Assembly (NCBI RefSeq): GCF_000478685.1
Contig: NZ_AMSD01000002.1
Coordinates: 394,337-426,336, forward strand
Source: Candidatus Photodesmus katoptron Akat1
GTDB lineage: Bacteria > Pseudomonadota > Gammaproteobacteria > Enterobacterales > Vibrionaceae
DNA: 32,000 nt
Direction of reading: 5' to 3'
Shown in pieces: positions 12,312 through 22,612 of the stretch. A model generated the notes under the pieces. That model was not told the DNA's origin and searched no databases. It saw only the letters and a program-made list of their open reading frames with translations. Position 1 is the first letter of the stretch. The number at the start of each line of letters is the position of its first letter. The position numbers were made by a program, and so were the translations under genes.

Positions 12312-13007
12312 TCAACTAGATTCCTTATAATAAATTGATTCATTTAGTTCTTCACGACGCAGGATTTCAGCAGCTAACACCAAGTATGCCTTAAGCACCT
12401 AGGATGAATGCTTATCATAATACATAGCTGATTTTCTATGACTTATTTGCTTCAGCTGAATGAATATTACAAGGAATGACTGTTCTATAAACTTCATTAC
12501 CAAAATGTTTTTTTAACTGCTCCGAGACTTCATTTGAGATTCTATTTCTTGGATCATACATAGTACGTAAGAAACCTTCAATTTTTAAATTCACAAGCAT
12601 TAATAGTAAGAAGATTTAAAGAGGGAGGACAAGCAATAAAAATAAAATCACAAACATCTCGAACTGAAGAAAGAGTATTTTTAAGACGATCTTCTCGAAA
12701 AAAAACTTCCATTAACTTTATTTCAGCAGCTGTAATATCACTATTAGCAGCAATGAGATCATAATAACCTGATATCTGTCTGTATCCTACTTTCTTGAAA
12801 GAAAGATTTTTAATTATAAGTTCATAATCTCTTGCATTTATTTTATATTTATCTATTCCACTTGCCATAGTAGCATTACCTTGAGGATCAAGAAGAACCA
12901 ATAATACTTTTTGCTTAATTACTATCATTGAGGCAGCTAATGTTTACACAAGTTGTAGTTTTTATAACACCACCTTTCTGATTTGTAATAGCTATAATTC
13001 TTCCCAC
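12312..13007 (-). pseudogene. parA: Decayed chromosome partitioning ATPase ParA/Soj
   Basis: The 116-aa ORF at 12578-12928 (LLDPQGNATM.SGIDKY, YDLIAANSDITAAEIKLMEVF, CPPSLNLLTINA) is the middle of ParA. The upstream frame from GTG 13007 gives GRIIAITNQKGGVIKTTTCVN. Downstream frames give KIEGFLRTMYDPRNRISNEVSEQLKKHFGNEVYRTVIP and SHRKSAMYYDKHSS*VLKAYLVLAAEILRREE. Lesions are listed in the findings. Confidence 0.85.
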
Positions 13008-13031
13008 AGATATATCTCGTAATTATCGTAA

Positions 13032-13664
13032 TTATCCTTGATCTAATAAGATTACAAGATGACGTCTACCTTCTAACTCAGGAACTTCTAACACTTTTAT
13101 ATCAATTACAGAACACCAATCAGGAAGTTGTTTAATTTCATCTACAGGTAATTGTCCTTTCATAGATAAAAATACACCAGAGTTTATTTTAGGTAAATGC
13201 CGACAACACTTTACCATTTTTTTTATTGAGGAAAATGCACGGCTCAAAACGGCATCAAATCTCTCTTCTGGTTGATAGTTTTCAACCCTACTATGGATAG
13301 GTATTGCATTTTTAATATTCAGTTCATAAAGAACGTGCTTAATAAAACAGATACGTTTCTTTGAAGAATCTAATAAATAAAAAGTCTTATCAGTAGCAAT
13401 AATAGCTAATGGAATACCAGGTAAACCTGGGCCAGTTCCTACATCAATAAATAGATTTCCTTCAAGATAAGGATTTATAGTGATGCTGTCTAATACATGT
13501 TTAATAAGTATTTGTATAGGATTGTTGATAGAGGTTAAGTTATAAACTTTATTCCACTTATTAAGCAATTCTGCATAAGAAACAAGTTGTTGTTTATGTG
13601 ACTTATTTACTATCAGGTTAGCTTGTCTTAAAAGATTATCAAGTTTGAGTCGTAAAGAATTCAC
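13032..13664 (-). CDS. rsmG: 16S rRNA (guanine527-N7)-methyltransferase RsmG (GidB)
   Basis: 210 aa with the SAM-binding motif [15 protein letters not shown]. Lies immediately downstream of mnmG. Confidence 0.93.
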   Translation of the reverse strand: MNSLRLKLDNLLRQANLIVNKSHKQQLVSYAELLNKWNKVYNLTSINNPIQILIKHVLDSITINPYLEGNLFIDVGTGPGLPGIPLAIIATDKTFYLLDSSKKRICFIKHVLYELNIKNAIPIHSRVENYQPEERFDAVLSRAFSSIKKMVKCCRHLPKINSGVFLSMKGQLPVDEIKQLPDWCSVIDIKVLEVPELEGRRHLVILLDQG

Positions 13665-13679
13665 TCTGTGCTTACATCC

Positions 13680-15572
13680 TTAGTTATTTTTAATTAAGTA
13701 CTGTTTTTTTAAATGTATAAGCAAAATTGAAATTGTCACAGGTGTTACTCCAGGAATTCTTGATGCAGCACCTAACGTATTAGGTCTTATAGTACTAAGT
13801 TTTTCTATTACTTCATTTGATAGACCTTTGATTTTTTTATAATCCAGTTTTTCATCCAAGATTGTATTTTCATAACGGATGGACTTTTCAATTGTTTTTT
13901 GTTGGCGATCAATATAACCTTTATATTTAATCTGAATTTCAATTTCTTGAGTAACTTCAGAATCTTTTAATCCAGGATAAAAAGGTTCTAATTTCATTAA
14001 CTTAGAATAGGTCATTCCAGGACGTCTTAATAAATCTTCACCGCTCATTGTATTGGATAAAGGATTTGTGAGCAGCTTATTGATAGCACGAATATTATTA
14101 GCATTTGGTTGTATTATTATTCCTTTAAGGCGTTGTTTCTCATTCTCAATATCATTTATTTTTTTATTAAATTTAACCCAACGCATTTCATTAATAAGAC
14201 CTAATTTATAGGATTTTTCAGTAAGACGAATGTCAGCATTATCTTCACGTAATAGTAAACGATATTCAGCACGTGATGTAAACATCCGATAAGGCTCTGT
14301 TGTACCTAAAGTAGATAGATCATCAATTAGAACACCTAAATAAGCTTCATCACGACGAGGTATCCATCCCTCTTTATCTTGATTATATAAGCTTGCATTA
14401 ATTCCAGCCATTAAACCTTGAGCTGCAGCTTCTTCATAACCAGTTGTACCATTTATTTGGCCAGCAAAAAACAAACCTTTAATTAATTTTGTCTCATAAG
14501 TTCCTTTAAGAGCACGTGGATCAAAAAAATCATATTCAATTGCATAACCTGGACGAATAATATGAGCGTTGTTGAATCCTTCGATGGATTGAATTAATTC
14601 TACTTGTACATCAAATGGCAAACTAGTAGAAATTCCATTTGGATATAATTCATTAGTAGTTAAACCTTCAGGTTCAATAAAAATTTGGTGGGACTCTTTG
14701 TTGTTAAAACGTATGATCTTATCTTCAATCGATGGGCAGTATCGTGGTCCAATTCCTGTTATATTTCCATTAAACACTGGGCTTTTAGAGAGATTTTTTC
14801 TGACTATATCATGAGTATGCACATTAGTGTGAGCAATAAAACAAGGTATTTGTTTTGGATGTTGTTTTGGATTTCCTATAAAAGAAAATACAGGTACAGG
14901 ATAGTCTCCATGCTGAATCTCTAAACTTGAAAAATCCACGCTTCTAGAATCAATTCTAGGTGGTGTTCCTGTTTTTAACCTATTTACCTTAAAAAGATAT
15001 TCTCTAAGATGCATAGCTAATTTACTTGAAGGGGATTCGCCTGATCTTCCTCCAGGTATAGTTTTTTCTCCTATATGTATTTTTCCGTTAAGGAAAGTAC
15101 CAACAGTTAAGATCACTGATTTAGCATAAAATTTATAGCCTATTTGGGTAACTACTCCAATGATAGTATCATTTTTTATAATAAAATCATCTACGGATTC
15201 TTGGAATAGAGTTAAATTTTCTGTATTCTCTAAAGTTTTTCGTATGTAATTTTTATAAAGCAACCGATCAGATTGAGCTCTTGTAGCACGAACTGCTGGA
15301 CCTTTAGAAAGATTTAAGATCTTAAATTGAATACCTGAATGATCAATTGCTTGAGCCATTAATCCACCCATAGCATCAATTTCTTTTACTAAATGACCTT
15401 TTCCAATCCCACCAATAGCTGGATTACAAGACATTTGACCTATAGTATCAATATTATGGGTTATAAGTAGTGTATGTTGTTGAGTGCGGGCTGTTGCTAA
15501 AGCTGCTTCTGTTCCTGCATGTCCAGCTCCTATTACAATTACATCAAATTGGTTTTTGTTTTTGTAAAGCAA
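13680..15572 (-). CDS. mnmG: tRNA uridine 5-carboxymethylaminomethyl modification enzyme MnmG (GidA)
   Basis: 630 aa with the FAD motif [14 protein letters not shown]. Long identical blocks to E. coli MnmG ([74 protein letters not shown]). Confidence 0.97.
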   Translation of the reverse strand: MLYKNKNQFDVIVIGAGHAGTEAALATARTQQHTLLITHNIDTIGQMSCNPAIGGIGKGHLVKEIDAMGGLMAQAIDHSGIQFKILNLSKGPAVRATRAQSDRLLYKNYIRKTLENTENLTLFQESVDDFIIKNDTIIGVVTQIGYKFYAKSVILTVGTFLNGKIHIGEKTIPGGRSGESPSSKLAMHLREYLFKVNRLKTGTPPRIDSRSVDFSSLEIQHGDYPVPVFSFIGNPKQHPKQIPCFIAHTNVHTHDIVRKNLSKSPVFNGNITGIGPRYCPSIEDKIIRFNNKESHQIFIEPEGLTTNELYPNGISTSLPFDVQVELIQSIEGFNNAHIIRPGYAIEYDFFDPRALKGTYETKLIKGLFFAGQINGTTGYEEAAAQGLMAGINASLYNQDKEGWIPRRDEAYLGVLIDDLSTLGTTEPYRMFTSRAEYRLLLREDNADIRLTEKSYKLGLINEMRWVKFNKKINDIENEKQRLKGIIIQPNANNIRAINKLLTNPLSNTMSGEDLLRRPGMTYSKLMKLEPFYPGLKDSEVTQEIEIQIKYKGYIDRQQKTIEKSIRYENTILDEKLDYKKIKGLSNEVIEKLSTIRPNTLGAASRIPGVTPVTISILLIHLKKQYLIKNN

Positions 15573-15639
15573 TCTGTTAATTCCTAATGTTTCTTTAAAA
15601 GAACTTGTATGATGTTATTTAAAGGTTTACGAACTTTTA

Positions 15640-15880
15640 ATATAAGATCTAAAAGATCTTATATATTTTTATTATTAAGGATTCTTAAGTACGTGGATAA
15701 CTGCTATATAATCAATAAGATCATGTTCTTCTCACCCATTATATAGTGTGATCAAAATTTTATTATGATGAGTGTTATATGTGTATAACTACTACTATTA
15801 TACATAACGTGGTTTTTTTCTCTACACATATAAATAAACACAGGTTAATAACTATATATCTATGTAGTTATATACAGACA
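15640..15880. promoter_or_regulatory. oriC: Candidate chromosomal replication origin (oriC core): GATC-rich AT-rich unwinding-type repeats plus DnaA boxes
   Basis: Located in the spacer next to mnmG, as in E. coli and Vibrio. Four GATC sites fall within about 110 bp (15646, 15655, 15719, 15750), the first two inside tataAGATCTaaaAGATCTtata followed by a T/A-rich run. DnaA-box-like 9-mers are cgtggataa at 15692-15700 (TTATCCACg), tgtgtataa at 15780-15788 (TTATACACA, the R2 type) and ttatataca at 15868-15876 (one mismatch). Confidence 0.5.
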
Positions 15881-16283
15881 TTAAAAAGCACCAAAATCAT
15901 ATCGTTATTGAATTCACGTTTATATACTTGTAAATTCCTTTACTAAGACAAATAACTTTGAATTTAAATAAACATAAGTCAATTATATTTTTATGAATAT
16001 GGCTTATTTTAAGAAAAAATCATACTTTTTTATACTCAAGTTTTCGCTCAATAACGGTTTCTATATTCATATTTCAAATATTAATAATCTAAAAGCAATA
16101 AAGTTTAATCTTTCCTAACTATAGAGGTTTTAAATAAAAATATTTCTAGAATAATGCTAGTATATAAAAGTTTACACCAATGATAAGTATGTATTATGTA
16201 AACTTATCTATTATTTTTAGATACCATCATTTATAATTGAATAAGATTCAACTTTTTTTAACTATTTAACTTTAATTATCACA

Positions 16284-16823
16284 ATGAAAATTCTTGCTTT
16301 TGCTGCTAGTAATAGTATCCATTCAATCAATAAAAAGTTTGTACAATATGTCACTGGTTTAATTCCTTTCAGTGATATTACAATATTAGATCTTAATGAT
16401 TATGAAATGCCCATATACAGTATAGATCGAGAGCAAAATATGGGTATTCCAAATCAATCTCAAATGTTTTTTAAACAAATAGGAAAAGCTGATGCAGTTA
16501 TTATTTCTTTTGCAGAACATAATGGAAGTTATACAGTTGCATACAAAAATCTGATTGACTGGACATCAAGAATACATCAGCTTATTTTTCAGAATAAACC
16601 TGCATTATACCTTTCTGCTTCTCCAGGAATAGGTGGTGCGAAAAATGTGCTGACTATTGCAGTTAACTCTGCTGCATCTTTTGGCGCAGTTTTAAAAAGC
16701 AGTTTTTCTATACCTAATTTTTTTAATAATTTTAATCTAGAAAAAAACATACTCACTAATCCTAAACTGGAAAAGGAATTAAAGTTAGCACTATCACAAT
16801 TGCTTTCATCTACTATTCCTTAA
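16284..16823 (+). CDS. NAD(P)H-dependent FMN reductase family flavoprotein (FMN_red / flavodoxin-like fold)
   Basis: 179 aa. N-terminal MKILAFAASNS... and the segment AEHNGSYTVAYKNLIDWTSR resemble the ChrR/YieF-SsuE family (E. coli YieF: PEYNYSVPGGLKNAIDWLSR). It is not MioC, given different motifs and the opposite orientation relative to the origin. Confidence 0.6.
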   Translation: MKILAFAASNSIHSINKKFVQYVTGLIPFSDITILDLNDYEMPIYSIDREQNMGIPNQSQMFFKQIGKADAVIISFAEHNGSYTVAYKNLIDWTSRIHQLIFQNKPALYLSASPGIGGAKNVLTIAVNSAASFGAVLKSSFSIPNFFNNFNLEKNILTNPKLEKELKLALSQLLSSTIP

Positions 16824-16827
16824 AATG

Positions 16828-16851
16828 AATATTATTAACGTTAATAATATT
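16828..16851. repeat. 24-bp perfect palindrome (possible terminator or operator) between the flavoprotein gene and the KAS gene
   Basis: aatattattaacgttaataatatt equals its own reverse complement and is centred on AACGTT. It starts 5 nt after the stop codon at 16821-16823. Confidence 0.4.
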
Positions 16852-17002
16852 ATTATAGACAAACTAACAATAATCTAGTTTAATGTTAATATGTTTTGGG
16901 TTAATAACAATTCCTGTTCCATATATTATTTTAAAATAGAACTTATGGCTAAGAGTTTTATAGTTGTTGACTTAATAGTAATTTTGGAGTTTTAGAAATA
17001 AA

Positions 17003-18289
17003 ATGAAACGAATAGTCATTACTGGTTTTGGTGCTATATCTCCTATTGGTTTAAATGCCAATGAAAGTTTTAAGTCATTATTGCAAGGAAAACATGGTTT
17101 TAGAAGAATTACAAATTTCGTTCCAGAAAAATTAGGATGTAAAACAACGTTTGCTGCTCAGATTTCTGAAAACTTTAATTTGATTCATCATTTCCCATTT
17201 AGCGAAATGTCCATTCAAGAACAAAAAAAACAAATAAAAAAACTTGATAGACATCAAGTTTTTGCAATGATAGCAGCTTCAGAAGCTATTAAAATGGCTG
17301 GTTTAGATTCAATACAAAACAAGAAACAGTTAGATCGTATTGGTGTTAATTTTTCTACTGGTGTTGGTGGCATGAATAGTTTTGAAACTTGTGTTGCTAC
17401 TTCTATAGCTGGTAAAAAACAATCACCATTTGGCAATTTAAAGTTTTTACCTAATATTGCTGCAGGATATATTTCTAATTATTGGAATTTTACAGGTCCA
17501 AATAATGCTCATTGTACTGCGTGTGCTGCAGGTGCTCATTCAATTGCGGATGGATATAACGCTATTTTTACAGGAGAAGCTGATATTATTATTGCAGGTG
17601 CATCAGAAGCATCTATTACCCCAGTAGGAATTTCAACATTTAATGCACAGACAGCATTATCTGTGAACAACAACTCAATTGATACTGCTTCTCGTCCATT
17701 TACAGTAGATAGGAATGGTTTTGTTATGGGTGAGGGTGGAGCATGTCTTGTTTTAGAAAGCTTTAAAAGTGCACAAGAACGTGGAGCTAAAATATATGCA
17801 GAATTATCGGGTTTTTGCAGAACGGCAGATGGAAATACAGGTCAAGCGATCACTTCCCCTCATCCCAATGGCAATGGAGCAAAACGAGCGATCTTAGGTG
17901 CACTAGAAAGATCTGGAAAATCTCTTTATGATGTGGATTATATTAATACCCATAGCACTAGCACTATTGCAGATTTTGTTGAAATTAAAGCGATTAAAGA
18001 AGTATTCAAAGAACATGCTATAAAAGTATTGGTATCTGCTACAAAAGCATCTACAGGACATTTATTAGGTGCATCTGGTGCTATCGAGGCTGTCTTTACT
18101 GTCCTTTCCATTATTAATAATACAGTTCCATATACTAGAAATTTAACAATGAAAAATATTGATAAAGCTTGTTTAGGTGTTAATCATGTAATGGAGAAAC
18201 CAAAAAGAACAAATATTAATTTAGCATTGTCAAATTCATTCGGATTTGGTGGAACTAATGTTTGTGTAGCAATTTCATCATATAGGTAA
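17003..18289 (+). CDS. fabF: Beta-ketoacyl-ACP synthase II-like condensing enzyme (FabF family, divergent)
   Basis: 428 aa with the N-terminal KRIVITGFGAISPIG. The Cys-His-His triad context is present: HCTACAAGAHSI, INTHSTST, ATKASTGHLLGASG. C-terminal NSFGFGGTN is also present. HLLGA is FabF-like rather than FabB-like (HSLGA). The usual HGTSTP is HSTSTI here. Confidence 0.8.
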   Translation: MKRIVITGFGAISPIGLNANESFKSLLQGKHGFRRITNFVPEKLGCKTTFAAQISENFNLIHHFPFSEMSIQEQKKQIKKLDRHQVFAMIAASEAIKMAGLDSIQNKKQLDRIGVNFSTGVGGMNSFETCVATSIAGKKQSPFGNLKFLPNIAAGYISNYWNFTGPNNAHCTACAAGAHSIADGYNAIFTGEADIIIAGASEASITPVGISTFNAQTALSVNNNSIDTASRPFTVDRNGFVMGEGGACLVLESFKSAQERGAKIYAELSGFCRTADGNTGQAITSPHPNGNGAKRAILGALERSGKSLYDVDYINTHSTSTIADFVEIKAIKEVFKEHAIKVLVSATKASTGHLLGASGAIEAVFTVLSIINNTVPYTRNLTMKNIDKACLGVNHVMEKPKRTNINLALSNSFGFGGTNVCVAISSYR

Positions 18290-18394
18290 TTAACTGCAAC
18301 TTTTAATAAGCTAAAAATACATTTGATATAAATTAAAAATAGTTTTTTTGCTATTGCAAATCTATTACTGCGATTCTAAGACTAGAAATTTAAT

Positions 18395-19753
18395 TTATTT
18401 TCCTATGCAGAATGAAGAAAAAATTTTTCCAAGTAAATCATCAGAATTAAATTCTCCTGTGATTTCATTGAGGTGCTGTTGTGCTATTCTTAGTTCTTCT
18501 GCAAGAATTTCTCTCTCTGTTGCATTTTCCTCTATCTGTGCTTTTCCAATCTTTAAATGTTGTTCAGCTTGTTCTAACGCATTGAGATGTCTACGACGTG
18601 CCATAAATCTCCCTTCATTCCCTCCTGAAAATTGCATGCATTTTTTTAAATGTTTTTTAAGTATATCAAGTCCTTGTCCTGTTTTAACCGATAAATGAAT
18701 TACTGTTGGTAAGCTAGCTGAACATATTCTTGGACCTTCACTAGTTTGATCTATTTTATTTCGAATAATAGTTATACCTGTATTATTTGGTAGGTGATTG
18801 AGAAAATCAGGATATATTTCTGTTATATTAGTAGAAATTGTATTACTAGCATCAATCATAAACAGAACATGATCGGCTACTTTAATTTCATCAAAAGTTC
18901 GTTTTATCCCAATTTTTTCAATCATATTTATAGTGTTACGAAATCCTGCAGTATCAATTAGCTGTATTGGCATACCATCAATATGTATGTTTTCATGAAG
19001 TATATCACGAGTTGTTCCAGCAATATTAGTGACAATAGCAGATTGTTTTCCTGAAAATGCATTAAGTAAGCTTGATTTCCCAGAATTAGGTAAACCAACA
19101 ATTGCTATTTTCATTCCTTCACGAATAATGATTCCTTGATTAGCTTCTTGTTTTACTTTTTTTAGATTTTTAAAAATAATTTTTAAATCAGATAATATTT
19201 TTTTTGTGTTTAAAAAATCAATATTATCTTCTGGAAAATTAATAGATGCTTCAATATCTATACGCAAATTAATTAAACTATTAACTAACATATTAATTCT
19301 CCTAGAAAATTCTCCTTGAAAAGATTGAAATGCTAATTTTGCTGCTTCTTCCGATTGTGCATTAATAAGATCAGCTATAGCTTCTGCTTGAGTTAGATCT
19401 AACTTATTATTTAAAAAAGCACGTTCAGAAAACTCTCCAGGTTTTGCTATTCTAATGTTAGAAATATGCAATATATGTTGGATTAACATATCCATTACAA
19501 AAGGGCTACCATGACCTTGCAATTCTAGTACATCTTCTCCTGTAAATGAGTGTGGTTCTGGGAAATAAATAGCAATACCCTGGTCTAGTATCATTTCATT
19601 TTTCTTAAAAGGAATATAAGTAGCATAACGAGGTTTCAGCATTTTCCCTGTAATTTCCCAAGCTACTTTTAAAGCTTGAGGTCCTGATACACGTATAATT
19701 CCAATACCAGAATAACCTCTAGATGTAGCCTGAGCAACAATAGTATCTATCAT
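18395..19753 (-). CDS. mnmE: tRNA modification GTPase MnmE (TrmE/ThdF)
   Basis: Start placed at ATG 19753-19751 ([25 protein letters not shown], compared with E. coli ..[22 protein letters not shown]), giving 453 aa. Has G1 [13 protein letters not shown], and the C-terminal FCIGK. The track ORF adds 50 upstream codons that overlap yidC and have no homologue. Confidence 0.93.
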   Translation of the reverse strand: MIDTIVAQATSRGYSGIGIIRVSGPQALKVAWEITGKMLKPRYATYIPFKKNEMILDQGIAIYFPEPHSFTGEDVLELQGHGSPFVMDMLIQHILHISNIRIAKPGEFSERAFLNNKLDLTQAEAIADLINAQSEEAAKLAFQSFQGEFSRRINMLVNSLINLRIDIEASINFPEDNIDFLNTKKILSDLKIIFKNLKKVKQEANQGIIIREGMKIAIVGLPNSGKSSLLNAFSGKQSAIVTNIAGTTRDILHENIHIDGMPIQLIDTAGFRNTINMIEKIGIKRTFDEIKVADHVLFMIDASNTISTNITEIYPDFLNHLPNNTGITIIRNKIDQTSEGPRICSASLPTVIHLSVKTGQGLDILKKHLKKCMQFSGGNEGRFMARRRHLNALEQAEQHLKIGKAQIEENATEREILAEELRIAQQHLNEITGEFNSDDLLGKIFSSFCIGK

Positions 19754-19797
19754 TATTATTTCTTCATTTATAGAACAGTTATTTATTAAGTTGTAAT

Positions 19798-21384
19798 TTA
19801 ATATAATCCTTTCTTTGCTAATGTTTTGTAAATAAGCGTTTGCTGAATAACAGTGACAATATTCGATATTAGCCAATACAGAACAAGTCCCGATGGAAAC
19901 CATAGTAAGAAGCCAGTAAATATCACTGGTATAAATGTCATAATTTTTTGTTGAAGAGGATCTGTAATAGTAGTTGGGCTCATTTTTTGGATAAGAAACA
20001 TTGAAATTCCCATAAGTATAGGCAAAATAAAGTAAGGATCTGGAGCTGAAAGATCATGAATCCAACCAATAAATGGAGAATGACGTAATTCTACTGATTC
20101 CATTAAAGTCCAGTATAAGGCAATAAAAATAGGCATCTGTAGAAGAATAGGTAAACATCCACCCAATGGACTTACTTTCTCTTTCCTATATAATTCCATC
20201 ATTTCTTGACTCATACGTTGCCGATCATTACCAATACGTTCTTTCATGGCTTGTAATTTTGGTTGAAGAACTCGCATTTTAGCCATTGAAGTATATTGAG
20301 CTTTAGTTAATGAATACATAGCACCACGAATAATAAAAGTTAAAATTATAATCGATACTCCCCAGTTAGATGCAAACCTTTGAATAAAGGATAGTAATTT
20401 ATGTAATGGTTTAGCAATAAACCATAGCCAACCATAGTCAACTACTAGATCTAGATTTGGGGCAATTAATTCCATTTCATCTTGTAGTTTTGGACCTATC
20501 CAAAGTGTGGACTTAAATTTAGCAGAATCTCCATTTTTGATAGTTACATTTGGAAAACGAATACCAATATCAGCAAGATCGTCAATTATACGAGTATAAA
20601 GAGTTGAAGTAGAGTTATTTCTAGGAATCCATGCTGCTGCAAAATAATGTTGAATCATTGCAGCCCAGCCTTGATCATGAAAAATATTTAATGATAAATT
20701 GCGTTCTTTCATATTATCAAAGCTATATTTTTTATAGCGTGTATCTTGTGTTGAATAGGCACCACCTTGATACGTTGGAAGTGTAATACTACCACCTGAA
20801 TCCATCATGTTTTGACGTAAATGAGAATACATGCCTACAGTTGCATTCTTGCCTGATCGATTCATTATTTGAAATTCAATATCAAGAGCATAGCTGTTTC
20901 TTTTTAAAATAAATGTTTTAGTATAGTAAATGCCATTTTCTTGATATGTTAAAGGAATCCTCAATTCATTTAAACCTTCAGTTAATTGAAAATGATTACT
21001 GTTGGTTTTGTAATGAGGGCGATTATCTTTGGTTAAATCAATTCCATTGGGACCAATCAAACCACTTTGAGCAATAAATTGATGTTTAGGTGTATTTTTT
21101 AGTAAGACAAACGGGGTTGATGAACCAAGTTCTAATAAATATTTATTTAGCTTTGCTTCTATAATATCACCACCAATTGTAGTGATATTTAAAGTGAGAA
21201 CATCAGTTGTTGCTGTAATTGTCGATAATGAAGAACTTATAAATGATTTAGGTATTATTTCATTTGGTTCTATTGTTTCATGTTCATTATATGTAATCTC
21301 CTTTTCATTACTATTCCATTGTTGAAATAGTAAAAAAGAAACTAAACCTAAAGCAATTAATAGGATCTTACATTGATGATTCAT
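19798..21384 (-). CDS. yidC: Membrane protein insertase YidC
   Basis: 528 aa with an N-terminal anchor ([17 protein letters not shown]), a large periplasmic domain, and a C-terminal multi-TM core ([27 protein letters not shown]). Conserved rpmH-rnpA-yidD-yidC-mnmE order. Confidence 0.95.
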   Translation of the reverse strand: MNHQCKILLIALGLVSFLLFQQWNSNEKEITYNEHETIEPNEIIPKSFISSSLSTITATTDVLTLNITTIGGDIIEAKLNKYLLELGSSTPFVLLKNTPKHQFIAQSGLIGPNGIDLTKDNRPHYKTNSNHFQLTEGLNELRIPLTYQENGIYYTKTFILKRNSYALDIEFQIMNRSGKNATVGMYSHLRQNMMDSGGSITLPTYQGGAYSTQDTRYKKYSFDNMKERNLSLNIFHDQGWAAMIQHYFAAAWIPRNNSTSTLYTRIIDDLADIGIRFPNVTIKNGDSAKFKSTLWIGPKLQDEMELIAPNLDLVVDYGWLWFIAKPLHKLLSFIQRFASNWGVSIIILTFIIRGAMYSLTKAQYTSMAKMRVLQPKLQAMKERIGNDRQRMSQEMMELYRKEKVSPLGGCLPILLQMPIFIALYWTLMESVELRHSPFIGWIHDLSAPDPYFILPILMGISMFLIQKMSPTTITDPLQQKIMTFIPVIFTGFLLWFPSGLVLYWLISNIVTVIQQTLIYKTLAKKGLY

Positions 21385-21646
21385 TCTGTTTATCTTCTTC
21401 GTTTAATTTAGATATTGATGGAATAGGATCGTATCCTCCTTTATTCATTGGGTTGCATTTTAATAGACGTTTAACTGCTAATAAACTTCCTTTTACAAAC
21501 CCATAAGCTATAATAGCTTCTATGGCATAAACTGAACAAGTCGGACAAAATCTGCAGCAAGGGGTCATTAAAGGACTGATAATCCATCTATAAAGACGAA
21601 TTATCGTAATAACTATCCAAGAGAAAAAAGAAATAGGCGAGACCAT
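21368..21646 (-). CDS. yidD: Membrane protein insertion efficiency factor YidD
   Basis: 92 aa with [25 protein letters not shown]...G..KG..L..KR.LKC.P...GGYDP.P as in E. coli YidD. Overlaps rnpA by 34 nt and yidC by 17 nt. Confidence 0.9.
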   Translation of the reverse strand: MVSPISFFSWIVITIIRLYRWIISPLMTPCCRFCPTCSVYAIEAIIAYGFVKGSLLAVKRLLKCNPMNKGGYDPIPSISKLNEEDKQNESSM

Positions 21647-21972
21647 AGTTTATTAAACACTAAAAATGTTTCATTATTACTTAATTTTTGAAAATGTCGT
21701 TTAGCAATGACAACAAAATCCTTATTAGGAAGTTTATGTTGATTTTTTCTAAAACTTTCTCTAGCTAACCGTTTAAAATTATTTCGGTCTACAGCGTTTC
21801 CAATCTCTTTTTTAGGAACAGCTAATCCTAAACGAGGACTGCCAAGAAAATTTTCTCGAGAAAGTATAGTTAAATATAAAGAGTTAACACAATGAGCTTT
21901 CTGAAAAACACTATGATAGTGTTCAGAATTAGATAATCGAACCCTTTTATTAAACCTGTATCTAACACACAA
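21613..21972 (-). CDS. rnpA: Ribonuclease P protein component
   Basis: 119 aa basic protein with PRLGLAVPKK, the RNR-type motif AVDRNNFKRLARESFR, and DFVVIAK. Sits 11 nt downstream of rpmH. Confidence 0.9.
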   Translation of the reverse strand: MCVRYRFNKRVRLSNSEHYHSVFQKAHCVNSLYLTILSRENFLGSPRLGLAVPKKEIGNAVDRNNFKRLARESFRKNQHKLPNKDFVVIAKRHFQKLSNNETFLVFNKLWSRLFLFSLG

Positions 21973-21983
21973 AATATAAGCTG

Positions 21984-22118
21984 CTATTTAGAAAGATGTA
22001 CACGACCTTTTTTTCGACGTGCATTAATAATTTTACGACCATTTTTAGTTGCCATACGTGAACGAAATCCATGGGTACGACTTCGTTTCAGAACTGTAGG
22101 CTGAAAAGTGCGTTTCAT
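21984..22118 (-). CDS. rpmH: 50S ribosomal protein L34
   Basis: Not in the ORF track because it is too short. The minus strand reads [44 protein letters not shown] (44 aa), compared with E. coli [39 protein letters not shown].... Confidence 0.95.
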   Translation of the reverse strand: MKRTFQPTVLKRSRTHGFRSRMATKNGRKIINARRKKGRVHLSK

Positions 22119-22476
22119 GATCGATACCTTTAATTACTGTTATCTAAAAGAGTTTCTGTTTTTTCTCTTGTATTTAAGCAATTGTAAAAATAAATTAAGA
22201 GAAACTAATTGTAAAAGTTCACGTTATTACGACTATATACCAATAATCGTTCCATCATAACTTAATTTTAAAAAAATGCAATAGATTATAATACTAAATA
22301 TAGATACTCAGAAATATGATAACAATCATATTTTCTATAATTAAAAAATTGCTATTGTAATATTATTCAGTTTAGAACTATTATCTAATATCAATTAAAT
22401 ATTTTTAATGCGTGATTATTCAATAGAATTGAAAATTACTATTTCAATTTTTTCCTTTCATTTTTGTGGGTTATTC

Positions 22477-22518
22477 TGTGAATAAATTCAGAAAAAAATA
22501 TGGTAGTATTGTGAATAA
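22477..22518 (+). promoter_or_regulatory. Pair of DnaA boxes upstream of dnaA (autoregulation or origin-associated)
   Basis: TGTGAATAA occurs at 22477-22485 and again at 22510-22518. Both are reverse complements of TTATTCACA, which fits the TTWTNCACA consensus. A third, weaker, inverted copy (ctattcact) follows at about 22527-22535. Confidence 0.55.
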
Positions 22519-22612
22519 CCATAATTCTATTCACTGGAACCATAATTAAATTCTAGTGAGTTAGATTATCGATAGATAATCTTCCAGAAATTTTCCTATT
22601 ATAAATAAGTGT

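Noticed and set aside
15993-16118. 41-codon ORF (MNMAYFKKKSYFFILKFSLNNGFYIHISNINNLKAIKFNLS) in the origin-side spacer. Also 16-18-codon ORFs in 16824-17002.
   Set aside because: There is no ribosome-binding site I could recognise, the composition is what AT-rich non-coding DNA produces by chance, and there are no motifs (for example no ACP DSL motif). These are unsupported.
15880-16283. Search for a mioC gene or remnant next to the origin.
   Set aside because: Translating both strands gave no flavodoxin-like segments (no TLGGAE, STHG or GDS.Y-type motifs). The gene is either fully eroded or was never here, so it is reported only as an absence.
19754-19903. 50-codon N-terminal extension of the mnmE ORF overlapping the 3' end of yidC.
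   Set aside because: The MnmE alignment begins at [10 protein letters not shown] (ATG 19753). The extension ([20 protein letters not shown]...) has no homologue and would overlap yidC by 106 nt.
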